Source of the DNA: Sphagnum compactum | Taxonomy: Eukaryota | Direction: 5' to 3' | DNA length: 64,000 bases | Assembly: GCA_965153455.1 (NCBI GenBank) | Contig: OZ234493.1 | Span: forward strand, 22,806,213 to 22,870,212 | Part shown: positions 52,010 through 64,000 of the stretch, piece by piece | Layout: each line of letters begins with the position of its first letter | How positions within the stretch are numbered: position 1 is the first letter of the stretch | The notes under the pieces: generated by a model | The model's database searches: none | Told to the model about the DNA's origin: nothing | What the model saw: the letters and a program-made list of their open reading frames with translations, nothing else | Translations under genes and position numbers: made by a program

Positions 52010-52075
52010 GCCCTATAAATTTTCAGAGAGGAAAAGTGGTCGCTCTCTCTCTCTCTCTCTCTCTCTCTTCAGGAC
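52010..52075 (+). promoter_or_regulatory. Orphan Pol II core-promoter-like site (TATA box plus CT tract)
   Basis: CCCTATAAAT followed ~25 bp later by a (CT)n tract. No recognisable ORF downstream. Confidence 0.35.
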
Positions 52076-52999
52076 GCTTCAGACTCGTGCACTAGTCGCA
52101 GAGCCAAGTCATTTTGTTCTTACTGCCGGCCAAGCTACTGATGAAGCATACGCCATACACTTCCGGACAAAGAGCGACTGAACTACTGATCCTTACAAAG
52201 CTGATTGAGAATGGAGACTTCAGAAGACTTCAGAAACACTTCAGTCCTCTTGCACTAACACATCAAGGCACATCAGAGATTTATTTATTTATTTATTTAT
52301 TTATATTGTAGTAGTACCTTGGCAGATTTGACACTAGTTATAGTGTAATTTGTAGAAAACTAATTTTTTTTTTTAAAAAAATTTCAAAGAACAAAAATAT
52401 TTAGTGTTAGAGTTTAATTCATCATGGAATTGGGAGTCCGCCTCATAAGCTTGGTATTTTACCTCCACAAGAGGAGGGTACATATATGGCTTCATTGTGG
52501 ACCGACCCAACCTGATATTTACATCATCCATCTACATCCACTTATTCTATTAAAAAAAATAATTCAAGTGTGCTAGCTAGCAGGCTATAATATGTAGTTC
52601 TTTGTGGGAAATTTTCTATAAATTAATTGCCAATGCTTATATAGCTAAATTTTTTTTCAGAAATAAATTTGATGATTTTCTATTCCAATATATTTTGATA
52701 ACATATAGTCCAAGAAAGCTATCATTTAGTTATTGAGTAATTATAAATTTCAGTTTTGATGACCCTATGCTTTCAACATGAACATCAAGATGCATCAAGA
52801 TGGATGGATGGATGGTATGTGGACAGAAGAAAGTTTTTCCATTGTATTCCTGTCCCATAGCTACCCATAGTGGGTTTAGCTGTGTACTGACCATTCTCCA
52901 TATGTATCTATCTACCTACTAAGTAGCCACCAGGTGCCTTCCTTACATACATAGAAACCACTTACATACTGTATCTACTTACCTATGTTACTTACCCAC

Positions 53000-53050
53000 T
53001 TACATGGGTAGTTACTAGTTAACTACCCATGTAACCAGTGCACGGTTACA
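53000..53050. other. Perfect 15-bp hairpin with an overlapping second hairpin
   Basis: TTACATGGGTAGTTA-ctagt-TAACTACCCATGTAA (53000-53034) and TGTAACC-agtgcac-GGTTACA (53030-53050). Confidence 0.8.
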
Positions 53051-53869
53051 TAGAGAGTGTGAGAGGGGAAGTAGGAAGGTTTACATGATTCTAAAAGTTT
53101 AAAGAACTGCATCTGACCCTTGACCAGCAATATTTGAAAAAAACCATGATTCAAGGTTCTTTGATTCTGAAAAATTTCAAACAAAACTAGAACAAATGTT
53201 TTTTTGATTATTTTAAATTTGTAAAAGCCTACAACCGAAGGTTATCAACAAGATCAAAGAACCACACAACACTGGTAGTAACTTTGAAAGCCAAATTAGA
53301 ACAAGAGTCAATTCACCCATCTAGATAAACCAACAAAAGACTCTAGATAGCACTTGGGGGATAATGCAAAGTACCTTTAGAGTATATCCACCATATAATT
53401 GGCAAATGACATTGCACCATATGTGTGCAAGCCATTGTGCAAGTTGTCAACACTTAGACGACCCTAATGTGCTTCATCTCCCCAACTATTTGAGCTGGCA
53501 CCAAAGTTGTTATGTTGTCTCTCCCCATTCTTCATTCTCTCCAAGTGTGCTTTTCCTCCGAAATTACACGATAGACTTTTTCTTGTGCACCTCTCTCTAT
53601 GCTTTGACAACAATTTTATTTCTAGACTTTTGATTAAAAAAAATTTATGTATTTTATTGATTATATTGATAGGGTTTGAGATGGATGCTTGGCATCAAGG
53701 AGTGCTAGCATAGCTACACATGGACATAAGTGATGATGATGAAAACAATGTACATTGCCAAATCTACAAATCAAGCTTAATGAATCTAAAGGTTGAATCT
53801 AACATGAAAGAAGTAGATTGAGCCATCAAGGAGGTGTGCATCATGTGTAATTATTACTTTTCCATGTTA

Positions 53870-54580
53870 TTGTATGATAGCAAGTTTTTTCGACATTGTT
53901 ATTGGATGTGACATTCACTATTTTTGGGGTTGCTTAAAGTTTTTGTCATGCATGATGGGTACTTTGTGTAGCACAAGGATGCATTTGAGAAGATGGGCCT
54001 CTCTTCTTTTTAGAAATTCACAATCGTCATTTGCATGCTTATTTATGGAGTTGTAGTTGATGCAACAAATGGAAAGTTTAAAAATATTTGTGTGCACCAT
54101 TTGAAAATTTCAAACTTGTGTATTGGAGATAACCAACATGAGAATATTTTGGAATGTCAAGGATGTTAACCTTTTTAGACTAAAAGCATTATCATTGGAA
54201 AGATTGTTCAATTGTTTGGGAAGGCTAGTTTACTAACTAGGCATTATTCTATAATCTTGAATCCTAGAAGCTATTGTAGATCAAAGCTTGTGAATATGCA
54301 TTGTCATTTTTGCCTTTTTGGTGGCAATAACAACATGAATGTTTTAAAGAGGGCACCAAGTTTGATTTTTGACATGTTGTGAGGTGTGAGAATGACTTGA
54401 GCTTTGAGGTGAATGGACATCACTATTTGATCTACTACTTGTTGATCAATCTTTATGCAAATTGCTCATGAATTATAGGAGGAGAAAAGGAATCGGTTTG
54501 CATGAATTAACAAGAGGTAAATCAAACAGATGTTGAATGATGTTTTAGTGTGTTGCAATTTCACTTTATACAATCCAAAT
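53870..54580 (+). mobile_element. Degenerate PIF/Harbinger transposase (DDE nuclease) relic
   Basis: Fragments ILEAIVDQSL*I, HCHFCLFGGNNNMNVL, FEVNGHHY and DVE*CFSVLQ match the Harbinger ILEAVA..DLWIWHAFFG.PGSNNDINVL…VNG..Y…KDVERAFGVLQ pattern. Confidence 0.72.
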
Positions 54581-55224
54581 TCCTTATTGACACTAGGATA
54601 GGAACATTGTGAGTGACATGGAATGGATAAACTATGATTTACAAGGGAAAACCACAATAATTGATAACATGATTAACAATAATAACACAAAGGTATGAAG
54701 CTTGAAAAGAAAATCTTATCCTATTACAAACAAATCCAAATCCATTGCCATTGTATGTGTACAATGCTAACACACCATCCTAAAAGAAAAAACTTCTATT
54801 AGTTCCATAATTGAACAAAAATCAATGACAAATTGCATTGTTGTAATGGATCACAACATGTGTTAAATCAAAATTGTATACTTTCAAATTTAACAATGTA
54901 AATACATATGTATGATTTAAAATTGTAATGAATTATTTTATAATCATACTAAAAACATAAGGTTTGCCTTTAATTGAAAGATACAATTCAATGATCTTTA
55001 TGTTACACCAAATGTCAAAGATTATATTTTAAACCAATGTTTTTTATTGTGGCAAATTTTACTTGTTTTGCAAAAAAAGAAAAATTTAACAACATCAACA
55101 AAGGATTCTTCTTACATGACCTAAAATTCACCAAATTTCTACCTTTTTTTGTATTAGGTAGCATTAATAGATAAAGATTTTGAAGAAAAAAATATTGTGA
55201 GATTTGTTTTGAAGCCAACTATGG

Positions 55225-55900
55225 TTAAACCTTGTTATTAATTAGTATCATTTTAACAACATTGGAAAATTGACAAACAAAACATTGTTTTGGACAATCC
55301 ATACTATGAACTTCAATCCCACACAATGACATGCACATAAGAACATCCAATCTATCCAATTTCAAATGTGATTGAAATGACTCTTCATAGCATTTTGTTT
55401 GAAAAATCTTCATTCACATATGGTTGTGTTTTTTAAGATAATAAATACCATTTGCCAAAAGTTCATAAAAATGACCAATTGGTTTTCAAGAATGATCATT
55501 ATGCCAACAAAAACATCATGATTTGAATAAACATTTATTCTAACATTCATACTTCAAAGTTTTGAAATTTTTAAGCAATTCAACCTTATACAAAACACCA
55601 TTAACAATCAAAATTGTGAATTAAGCTTCATTAACATGTCTAACCACTAGGTTGTTAGTCAATGTAGGTCATCATCATCATCATCATAATGCTTAGGAAT
55701 GAACAATTTTGAAACATAGAAATTGGCAGCTTGAACAATTGTTTGTTCAAACTATTTACAACCACCTTCACATACTTTCCAACGAGTGCCTTCCTCTCCT
55801 CCATCAAATTAAGCTAATCAAATATGAATGTCTGGTGCATGTCATGCACAATATTATTTAATCTTACATATTTAACATCACCTAGGAACATGATTAAAAC
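55225..55900 (-). mobile_element. Degenerate hAT C-terminal (dimerisation domain) relic
   Basis: CE*RFFKQNAMKS and (shifted frame) LKLDRLDVLMCMSLCGIEVHSMD resemble the CERGFS.QN.IKS..R..L….LD.LM.VSL pattern. Confidence 0.55.
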
Positions 55901-57768
55901 TTCAACAAAAAAAACAATGCACACACCATATGAACCTTGATAACCACTAGGGGTCAAATAAGCTTAACGGTAGCAAGTCCATAATCATCCACATTATAAA
56001 ACACATATATCCACTTCACCAAATTGCCATGTGACTTGGAATGTAAAAAAAATTGGACATGTAAAATTATTTTACCAAAATGCCATATTACTTGTTAAAA
56101 AATGTGTGATGGCAACAACAATTGTTTACATTAGTTTCTATAAATGAGAGTCAGGCACCATGTTAAAGTTATAATTATTTTATTATATAGGGAATAATAT
56201 ATAATCTCATCATTTCAAATTTGTGTTTTATTTGTAAGGTGCATATCATCTCTCCATGTGACTACTTTATATTAGCAATTGGAAATGACAGTCTCAAAGA
56301 TTTTTTTTAATAAATTGTTTTCGATGAACGTAAGTAAATGAAACATTGTACCTAAAGTGAAGGGACATGAGTGTGAAAAGGTAAGAATCATGCAACATTT
56401 GGGCATTGGGCAATCAAGTCAAACTATGTAACATGAAGAAGAGTCATGTGATATAGAGAGAAAAGGAATGACCATTGACCTTGATCAATGGGTGAAGGCT
56501 TGAATGGGTCAAATTGAGAGTTCCCCTTTGGTTGGCACTTTGAACTTGTGTTGGGACTTGGGACTTGGGACTTGAAATTTTTCCTTTCCTATTATGCATA
56601 TATATCCTTCATGTCGAATTTCCATCCATTGCAATTTCATATGACACATTTTTTCCTTTTTTCCTTTTTTTATGTTGCCTTACATAGTGATAGGCAAATT
56701 TTATGGGTGCCTTTTGTTTGATAGGCAAGATTCTTATTTTATTTTTGCCTTTCTTTTCCCATCAAAATGCATGTGACAAGCAATGACCAATGTAAGTTCA
56801 CACCCTGATGTTGTTAATCTAAAAAAATAATAAGTGCATTTCCATGGGTCCTCCCAAGACTAGTTTCATTTTGTAAAGGCTCTTTGTTACTCAAGGTTAA
56901 CTTAAACTAAAGATAATTGTGAAAGGTTATTATTATCACCATAGTATTTGAGATTATTTGCAAAACACATTTTCTTTTCATCTAATATCCTTTCAAATTT
57001 GTTTGGTTGGACATGCAAATTAGATGCCCACCTATTTGCATTGACCAAGTTTGGAGATTGATCGCTTCATGCTTGAATTTTGATTGACAAATGTGTATTA
57101 ATATAACAATCTACAATGATGTAACCTTGCCAAACGATGTTTAGGGTAAGGATATAAAGAGTAAAAGATTAGGGTTGTTCTTGTGTGCCCCTTGCCAAAT
57201 TATTTGTAAAATAAAGATTGATAACAAAGCTAATATGAGAATAAAGGCTTGTGCAAGCAAGAACTGAACATCGAACCCAAATTCCCACAATATTCTTGTT
57301 CGGGTTCTTCAAAAGTGTTGGTTATTAATTATACAAAAATCCAATTATGCATTTGGATAGTTGCCATGTATGAATTCAATCATATGTGGATTTTTTAAAA
57401 CTTCCTAATATTTGATTTTATACACAACTACCAAACGCCTTTATATATATGATGCTTATATGTAAATGCATCTAGCCATTATGTTTTAAACAAATTCATA
57501 TCTAACCCATTAAAATTTTGAAAATATCGAATATGCGTTTTATTTAGGGTTTCTAAGTTGTTTAAGGTTTGAGGAAAACCCATCGCAATCTCTTTTTGGC
57601 ACTTTGCTTTGCACCTTTGCACTTTGCATTTTCATTGATATTTTCATTGTAAATCAATTTCACAACTTTGATTTAAGTTGTTTGCAACATTCGTTGCTTC
57701 ATATTTCATATGTTTTTGTTTTGTTTTTCGCAACAACAAATCCTATTTTTTCTTTTTATTGTGAAAAA

Positions 57769-59014
57769 CTTGTGAAACATGCACATGAAAAGTTGGGCCA
57801 TTTTCAGGTCCATTGGATCTATAGTTTGCTCCAAACATAATATTGGTAGCGAGGGTTGCAATTTTAGATTCAACAATTTACTTTTTGGTGTTTTGTGTGT
57901 AATCACATACAAGCTTCATTCAATGCACTTACACTTCATCTTCAACCATTACCCATCATCGGGCTTGGATATTGATGGAGTTTGGATTTTGTTGGCCCAT
58001 TTAATTTGACCATCCAACATAACCAATATGTTTTGGTTATGATTAAGCACTTCTCAAAGTGGCAAAAGTTGATCCCATTACCAAATCATAATAGTGAGAA
58101 CATTGCCTATGCAATTTTGGACATGGTTCTCAATAGATTTGAGGCTCTAGTTGAAGTACTCACCAACCAAAGTACAAAATTTCATGGGGAGTTCCAAGAG
58201 TTGTGTGAAAAAACATTGATTAATCATTGCACTACTTCATGAAACCATTATAAAGTGGATGGGTTAGTTGAACGGATGGTGCAAACAATGAAACAAGGTT
58301 TGCAAAATATGGAATCCAAAGGGCCATCTTCAAGATTGAAAGTTGCAACTACTATGGTTTGTTATGGGGTATAGGTTTAGTCAACAAGTCTTTCTTTCAT
58401 CTTTTTAACCATATTTCTCATCATTTGGCCATGAGCCTAAGCTACTAGCGTTAAACTAACAAGATGTGATAGTGGTAATCAAATTGGATGATCCTAATTT
58501 GTGGATTGAAACATGTGAATAGTGAGTTGTTTTGTTTCGATGCCCATGGCCATTGAGAATTTAGCAATTTCCCAACATTAAAATACATTGTGTTATGCCA
58601 CAATTATAGAGGTGGTTATCAACTTCAAATTTGTAGATTTGAGTTAGGGGATTATGTATACCTATAATAAACAACATCAACTATTTTCAATGTGACTATA
58701 GGACGTGTTATTTGTCATGTGCGGAAGTTCTACCTTTTGGAGTGTTACTATTGGAGTGTTGAGATGGTTAGACATGGGAGGATCATGTGTGCAATTGTGC
58801 ACCATGTCATCTTCCCAATGTGAATGATCAAATTGACTCATCTTTAACAATGATTTTTGTCGGCTTACAATGTATGTTATGTGGGCAATTTTTATGTATC
58901 GCCATTATGTTGATTTGTGATCATTGTTCCTGAAGTTGGCATATGGGATGTCTTATGCCAACTTTGGAAGAAGTGCTAATTGGCAAATGGTTTTACCTTC
59001 AATGCACCAAATAA
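57769..59014 (+). mobile_element. Degenerate Ty3/gypsy integrase with a C-terminal PHD finger
   Basis: HHCC domain LVKHAHEKLGHF…YW…CFVC. Core LQPLPI…WSLDFVGP…YVLVMIKHFSKW…EVLTNQSTKFHGEF…DGLVERMVQTMK. Then DHVCNCAPCHLP and a PHD, CMLC-x12-CDHCS*SWHMGCLMPTLEEVLIGKWFYLQC (58871-59014). Many stops. Confidence 0.85.
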
Positions 59015-59379
59015 ATATAAATTCTTAAGGTTAAATAATATAACTAACCTCAAGGTTTTCTCCCATAGTGATTCACATTTGGTTGCAAATTTGAAAGATT
59101 ATATTTAAGTGACTAACAATGGGGTTCATATTTGCACCTAACCTAAGTACTGGTCCTTTCACTCCACAACCAAAATGTTCATCCATGGTGAATTTCGATT
59201 AGGTAATTCAAGATTGTTTTTTGGCTTACGGGGACCTTCGCCCCAAATAAGGGGGTGGTTAGGACATGGTGTACCATTTAGGGTATTTTGATGTTATGTT
59301 TTGTATATGTGGTGACAACAATAGTTGTAGGTGCCAACATAGGATCGCACGACAAAGGCAATCAAATTGTTTTTGGAGC

Positions 59380-60060
59380 TTTTAAGGTCTTTTGATGCAC
59401 GATATGTTCACAACATGATGGCTATCATGTTGGATTGATGCTTCAAGGCTTTGCACATTGTGGAAAGCTTGGTGAGATGAGGGAATGCAATCTAGTTGGC
59501 ATTTAAATATGATATCAATGTTGTCATTCCTCTTTTGATGGTATGTTTTCATCAATTGAACCTTACTACCAATGCACATACTATAACTATAGTTGATGTT
59601 ACGAGATTAGATCTCGAAAAAAGTATGTTTGGTGGGAGGCCTCAATTGAAAATTATTTTCAAGCACAAATCATTGAAGAATTATCTTTGTTTAGGAGGTT
59701 TTCTATTCCCTCATCTACATGTGTGGATCCATTAGCTTGGTGATGCATTCATGAGGGTCAATTTCTGAATGTTTGTTTCTTTGCAAAACAAATTCTTGAA
59801 ATCCCAAGTTCACAAATAGAAATTGAATGGATGTTTAGTTTTGCTAGGGTGTTGATAGCTCTAAGGTGATGTCACTTACAAGTGGAGAACATGGACCAAA
59901 TTATTATTATGGTGAAGAATTGACTTGATGACATGGGTGCCAATTGCAAACCAAAGTCAAACTTGAAGCAATACTTGAAAATGGAAGAATTTTTGGTAGA
60001 GGATAACTATGAGTTGATTCAAGAACATAACTTTTTTGAAGAATTGCAAGTTGATAGTGA
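59380..60060 (+). mobile_element. Degenerate hAT transposase C-terminal relic
   Basis: HNMMAIMLD*CFKAL…GNAI*LAFKYD, and DPLAW*CIHEGQFLNVCFFAKQILEIPSSQIEIEWMFSFARVLIALR*CHLQVENMDQIIIMVKN. Homologous to 17740-18500. Confidence 0.78.
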
Positions 60061-61315
60061 TTAATTTTGTGAAGGTAGGGTGAGTTTGTGTGGGGGTGTG
60101 GTTAGAGTACGGGACTTGTGCTACCATTGAGCAACTCTTCATAAAACTAGGGTTCAATTCTCTCACACGTTACTTCGTTTTGGATTTTGTTCATGCTAGT
60201 TTTGTTCTAGGAGGCTATACGTTGTACTCTTGTAAGTTTTTTTTGGTAAGCAATAGAATGGAATTTTTGATATGCATAACCTTTGTGCATATCCATCATG
60301 TTTTGAAAATTGAAAACTAACGGCAAAGGAATTTTTCAAAAAATGAATTTGTAATGAGTTGATGTAATATATTGAATTTCTTTTGGAATACATATCCTTG
60401 CTTGTAAAAAAAATATATTACACTTTGTCAATATCAATATCCATGGGATAGGCCTAAAAGTTGATAACCAGACAACACTGGTCCTTACCCATCTAACAAA
60501 TCAGTGAATTTTTGCTTTTATAAATGGAATACTGTGATTCATTTGAGAAGAGAGAAGGTACCTTACTAGTAAGGTGCCTTCCTCTATTGAGGCAGAAATT
60601 TTGTTGAGGCTAAGGCACCTTCCACATATATTCAAGAACCTCTACAAGTTCGTTAGTATTTAGATAACTTAAGGAAAGAGCCTTTCAAGTGACTGGTGTA
60701 AAATAGAATTGAAAGAAAAACCATGTATAACAAGGTGTGTTATACATAATGGCTCTGCCACTAATTTAATATCAACAATTGATATTTATGATAAATTGGT
60801 CATAGCTAGGGGAAAAGTAAAAACTAAATCTATTTTAATGTACATTGTGTTTTTGTAAAAGAAAAAATTTCATGATCTTTTCTTTCATTCTTTTACATCA
60901 CATTAGTTATGAGGAACCCTAAAGGGATCTCACGGATCTCACATTGAATGATGACATGTTCTAGGAACCTATTTAAACATTTAAAAATTTGTTACCAAAC
61001 CAAAACTAATAGTGAAATGTCACAACATGATTTTTTATATTTTGCAAATCTAATGACTTTTTTTCTCAAAAAAGAAACTGACTAAAGATTTTCTTTTCAT
61101 ATGTATTTTTCACATTTGTGCAAAATTTCAAACCAGAAAAAAAGACTTGTCATGGCATGTGTATTTGAACGTTTCTAATAACATTGTCACATATCCAGGC
61201 CTGTCTAGTCTAGGCGATCGGAGGCGGCACCCCCTAAATTACCTAAATGACCCCTCGTCAGCGCCCTTAAATTAGCGAGTTGCGTGGTTGGGGGAGCGTG
61301 TGTTGGGGGTGGTCC

Positions 61316-61407
61316 TATAAACGCCATTGCTTGCTGTTCTACGTCGTATAAGCGCCATCGCTTGTTGTTCTACGTCGTATAAGCGCCATTGCTTGCTGTT
61401 CTACGTC
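61316..61407 (+). repeat. 3 x 31-bp tandem repeat in the hAT 5' region
   Basis: TATAA(A/G)CGCCAT(T/C)GCTTG(C/T)TGTTCTACGTCG at 61316, 61347 and 61378. Confidence 0.95.
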
Positions 61408-61422
61408 ATTCTACTCCATTTC

Positions 61423-63694
61423 ATGAATTCTAATCGTGCTTCTGAGTATGTGAAGGACAACGACGTCCGCTTGGGTTTGAGGGTGTCCACCAGGGCGGCG
61501 AATGGTGGGCCGCAGGTCACTGGACTACAATGCCGTTTCTGTATTGTTTTTGGCCGCAATGAGAAGGTTGGCGTGAAGCGCCAGGCTTCGACCGCTGTTC
61601 AGGGATGGATGCGCCCTTTCCGCTACACAACATTGAAAGTCATGTTAGCGGCAAGCACCCAACGAAATGGGCCGAGTACAAGCAGTTCGATTCGATTGTT
61701 GAGCGCCAAGCATTCTTTGACGATGTCCCGGTCGCGTTCAGAAATTCTATTAAGACGCACTTCGCGTCTTCATCTCTTGGTGTTGAACGTCAAATCGTAT
61801 TCGACATCGAAAAGGACATCGTGGATGTGATCGTACGCGGCATGATGTTTGACCTTGTTGACATTGTTGACAGTGATGCGGATAGTGATGTGGAGGAAAA
61901 TGATCCTGCATTCGGCAGTGACACTGAGCGGGATGCTGTACTTCGCCGACGTATTCAAAAGGCAGCATTGGCGAAAGAGCAAGCGCTATCATTATTTCAG
62001 CGCGTGGATCAGGAGGAGGAGGAGGAGGAGGGCAATGCGAGTTATTCTTACTCGGTCACTATCCCGAAGTCGAAAACTACTGTATTCCAGTTATCTGTCC
62101 GATACGTGTCATGCGGCGCGTCTTTTCGGTTGGCGTCCAACATATTGAGCTGCACGTACGATGTGCTGCACAACCCTGTTCTGCGTGTTTGCTCTCGCCA
62201 TGATGTCGCCAACTACATCAGAGTTGTGTGTGTTGTCAACTTGCAACGCATTGCTCGCCATCTGCGTCGTGCATGGGCATTTTCAATTGCGCTGGACTCT
62301 GCAACTCATCAAAGCACCTCGTATCTTGATGTGCGCTTTCGAATCTTCATGTCGGCCTTCTATAACATTGTTAACCTACATGCTGTTGCGCTTCCAATAT
62401 TCGATTAGCACACTGGCGAGGTCATGTTCCAGATGGTTGTATCTTTCTTAGACGTTCTTCGCCCCGGTTGGAAGGTTCATCTACTTGGTGTGTTTTCTGA
62501 TGGAGCCCGCAACATGACTGGCCGTGTTTCTGGTGTTGTCACTCGCCTCAGCAACGCGATGCACACCGAGTGCCCTCTGACTCGAGTTTGGTGTGGAGTG
62601 CATCAATTAGATCTCGTTATGGAACACATTATGGACACCATCATGAAGGAGCGCTTTTTTACTGTCATGACCGGATTTATCACCCACTTGACACGGCAGC
62701 TAAATCTAATCACGGATATGAAGACAACGTGCCCTCGTGTCGTCAATCGTTGGCTATCCACGGAGAAGGTCATTAAGTGGTTCAAGATTCATCGGCCATA
62801 GTTGCTTGCGCATATCGAGTCTAAGCAGCCACCTTCCACTCCACCTCGCCTATGGTGGGTGTCTTTGCTTGCCATGCATCACTTTACCTCGAGGACGACA
62901 ATCACGTTTCGCACGATTCAGGGATTGACGACGCTGTTGGATCAACAGCAAGCTGCCCTGGTTGGTTTCGTCGCCTCTCTCATGGAGGATGTTGGCGTCA
63001 CTGGGCCGCTCTCTGTTGAAGCGATTGCGAATCTCGACGCATCGAGTCACGTCATCAGCGACCGCTATGCAGTTCCATTGTCTTCTGTCTGTGAGTTCGT
63101 CAACGGCCTGGCTTCCTGGGTTGATTCTATTGTTGACGAAGCCGATGAAGGCCAGCGGAGCGAGCTCTTCAACGACATCGCTTATGTTTATGTCACTGCC
63201 TGCGATCGTATCTCCGAGCTATCTGCCTATCGCGATGAAAACAACAACCCGCTGGCCGATCCGTCTTCCTTCCCACCAGTGTTACCGCACGAGCTCGTCA
63301 AACTATCCGCTGCCGAGTTTATTTGCAAGATGCGCCGTTACAGATACCGATTGGAGCAGCGTTATTCGAGTGAGCATATTGACATTATCGCCGACGAACA
63401 CAAGCAGCTGCTCCATGCTTACCGGACTGAGCAAGTCCTCCAGCAGAGCATCGATGCGCTGTCTAGTCAATCAGCCTTCAGGATGGTTGGAGTCTACTCG
63501 GTCGCCGATTCCCGAACCTGATGGAGTTCTGTGGTGTGATTGCGACCCTGTTTCCTGAGACCAGCACGGTTGAGTCTGACTTCTCGATTCTGCATTGGGA
63601 GAAGGATGCATTTCGCAAGAGCCTGTCATACTTCGGGTTGGAGGGCGTGCTGCAGGCGAAACAGTGGATGTTCATTGAGCAATTCAAGCCCTGA
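61423..63694 (+). pseudogene. hAT transposase (~757 codons when repaired), intronless, with 4 lesions
   Basis: N-terminal CRFC…H….H zinc finger. DDE motifs FSIALDSATH, SDGARNMTG and FPETSTVESDFS. CxxH motif WCGVHQLDL. Lesions: 1-nt deletions at ~61626 and ~63480, TAG stops at 62406-62408 and 62799-62801. Confidence 0.92.
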
Positions 63695-64000
63695 TTTGCA
63701 TTCATTGAGCAGTTCGAGCCCTGATTGGCACTCTAAACGCTTAATAAAGCTTACATTGACACACCGCCTAAACTAAGGTCTCTCGATGCGACTAAATCAA
63801 GCTAATTTAGGTAATATAGGCGCCCGCCTAAACTAGACAAGCCTGCACATATCCATTTGTGCTTATGATGGGTGCCATAACCATTTTTCGAGAAAATATT
63901 TTCATATTTAGTTTTGTGATATGGATTGGTGACAAAGTCAATCGAGCTGGGTGCACATTTGAGAAGATGTCAAAAGATGAATGTGAATTTTTTACAACCA

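Larger units (their letters stand above)
61196..63845 (+). mobile_element. Full-length hAT DNA transposon, 2,650 bp, recent insertion
   Basis: TIRs CAGGCCTGTCTAGTCTAGGCG (61196-61216) and CGCCTAAACTAGACAAGCCTG (63825-63845), 19/21 match. Perfect 8-bp TSD CACATATC (61188-61195, 63846-63853). Subterminal inverted TTACCTAAAT. Abrupt GC/CpG rise. Confidence 0.96.

Noticed and set aside
52135-52206. Box C/D snoRNA (TGATGA…CTGA)
   Set aside because: Box C lacks the leading purine, there is no terminal stem, and I could not identify an rRNA-complementary guide.

Overview
Eukaryotic, AT-rich plant nuclear DNA. The gene structure and repeat content look bryophyte-like (moss such as Sphagnum), which is an inference. 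Genes, all on the minus strand: two tandem heavy-metal-associated (HMA) domain genes without a CaaX box (0.4-4.9 kb); a 4-exon CWF18/CCDC12 spliceosomal gene (23.6-25.4 kb); an apparently frameshifted gene for a small Tat-targeted thylakoid-lumen protein (28.3-28.9 kb); and a GRAS transcription factor (31.9-34.5 kb) with two upstream exons that can splice in frame onto it or terminate as a uORF. A mirror-image promoter opposite CWF18 appears to drive a plus-strand transcript with no long ORF. The rest is a graveyard of CpG-depleted transposon relics: several hAT families, PIF/Harbinger, a non-autonomous CACTA, a Ty3/gypsy integrase ending in a PHD finger, an FCP1/NIF-like relic, MITE-like hairpins and minisatellites. 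The standout is a young, GC- and CpG-rich, complete 2,650-bp hAT element (61196-63845) with 21-bp TIRs and a perfect 8-bp TSD. Its intronless transposase is unlike the other hAT relics here and is a candidate horizontal acquisition. No rRNA, intact tRNA or CRISPR array was seen. All exon models were read by hand and have no transcript support.
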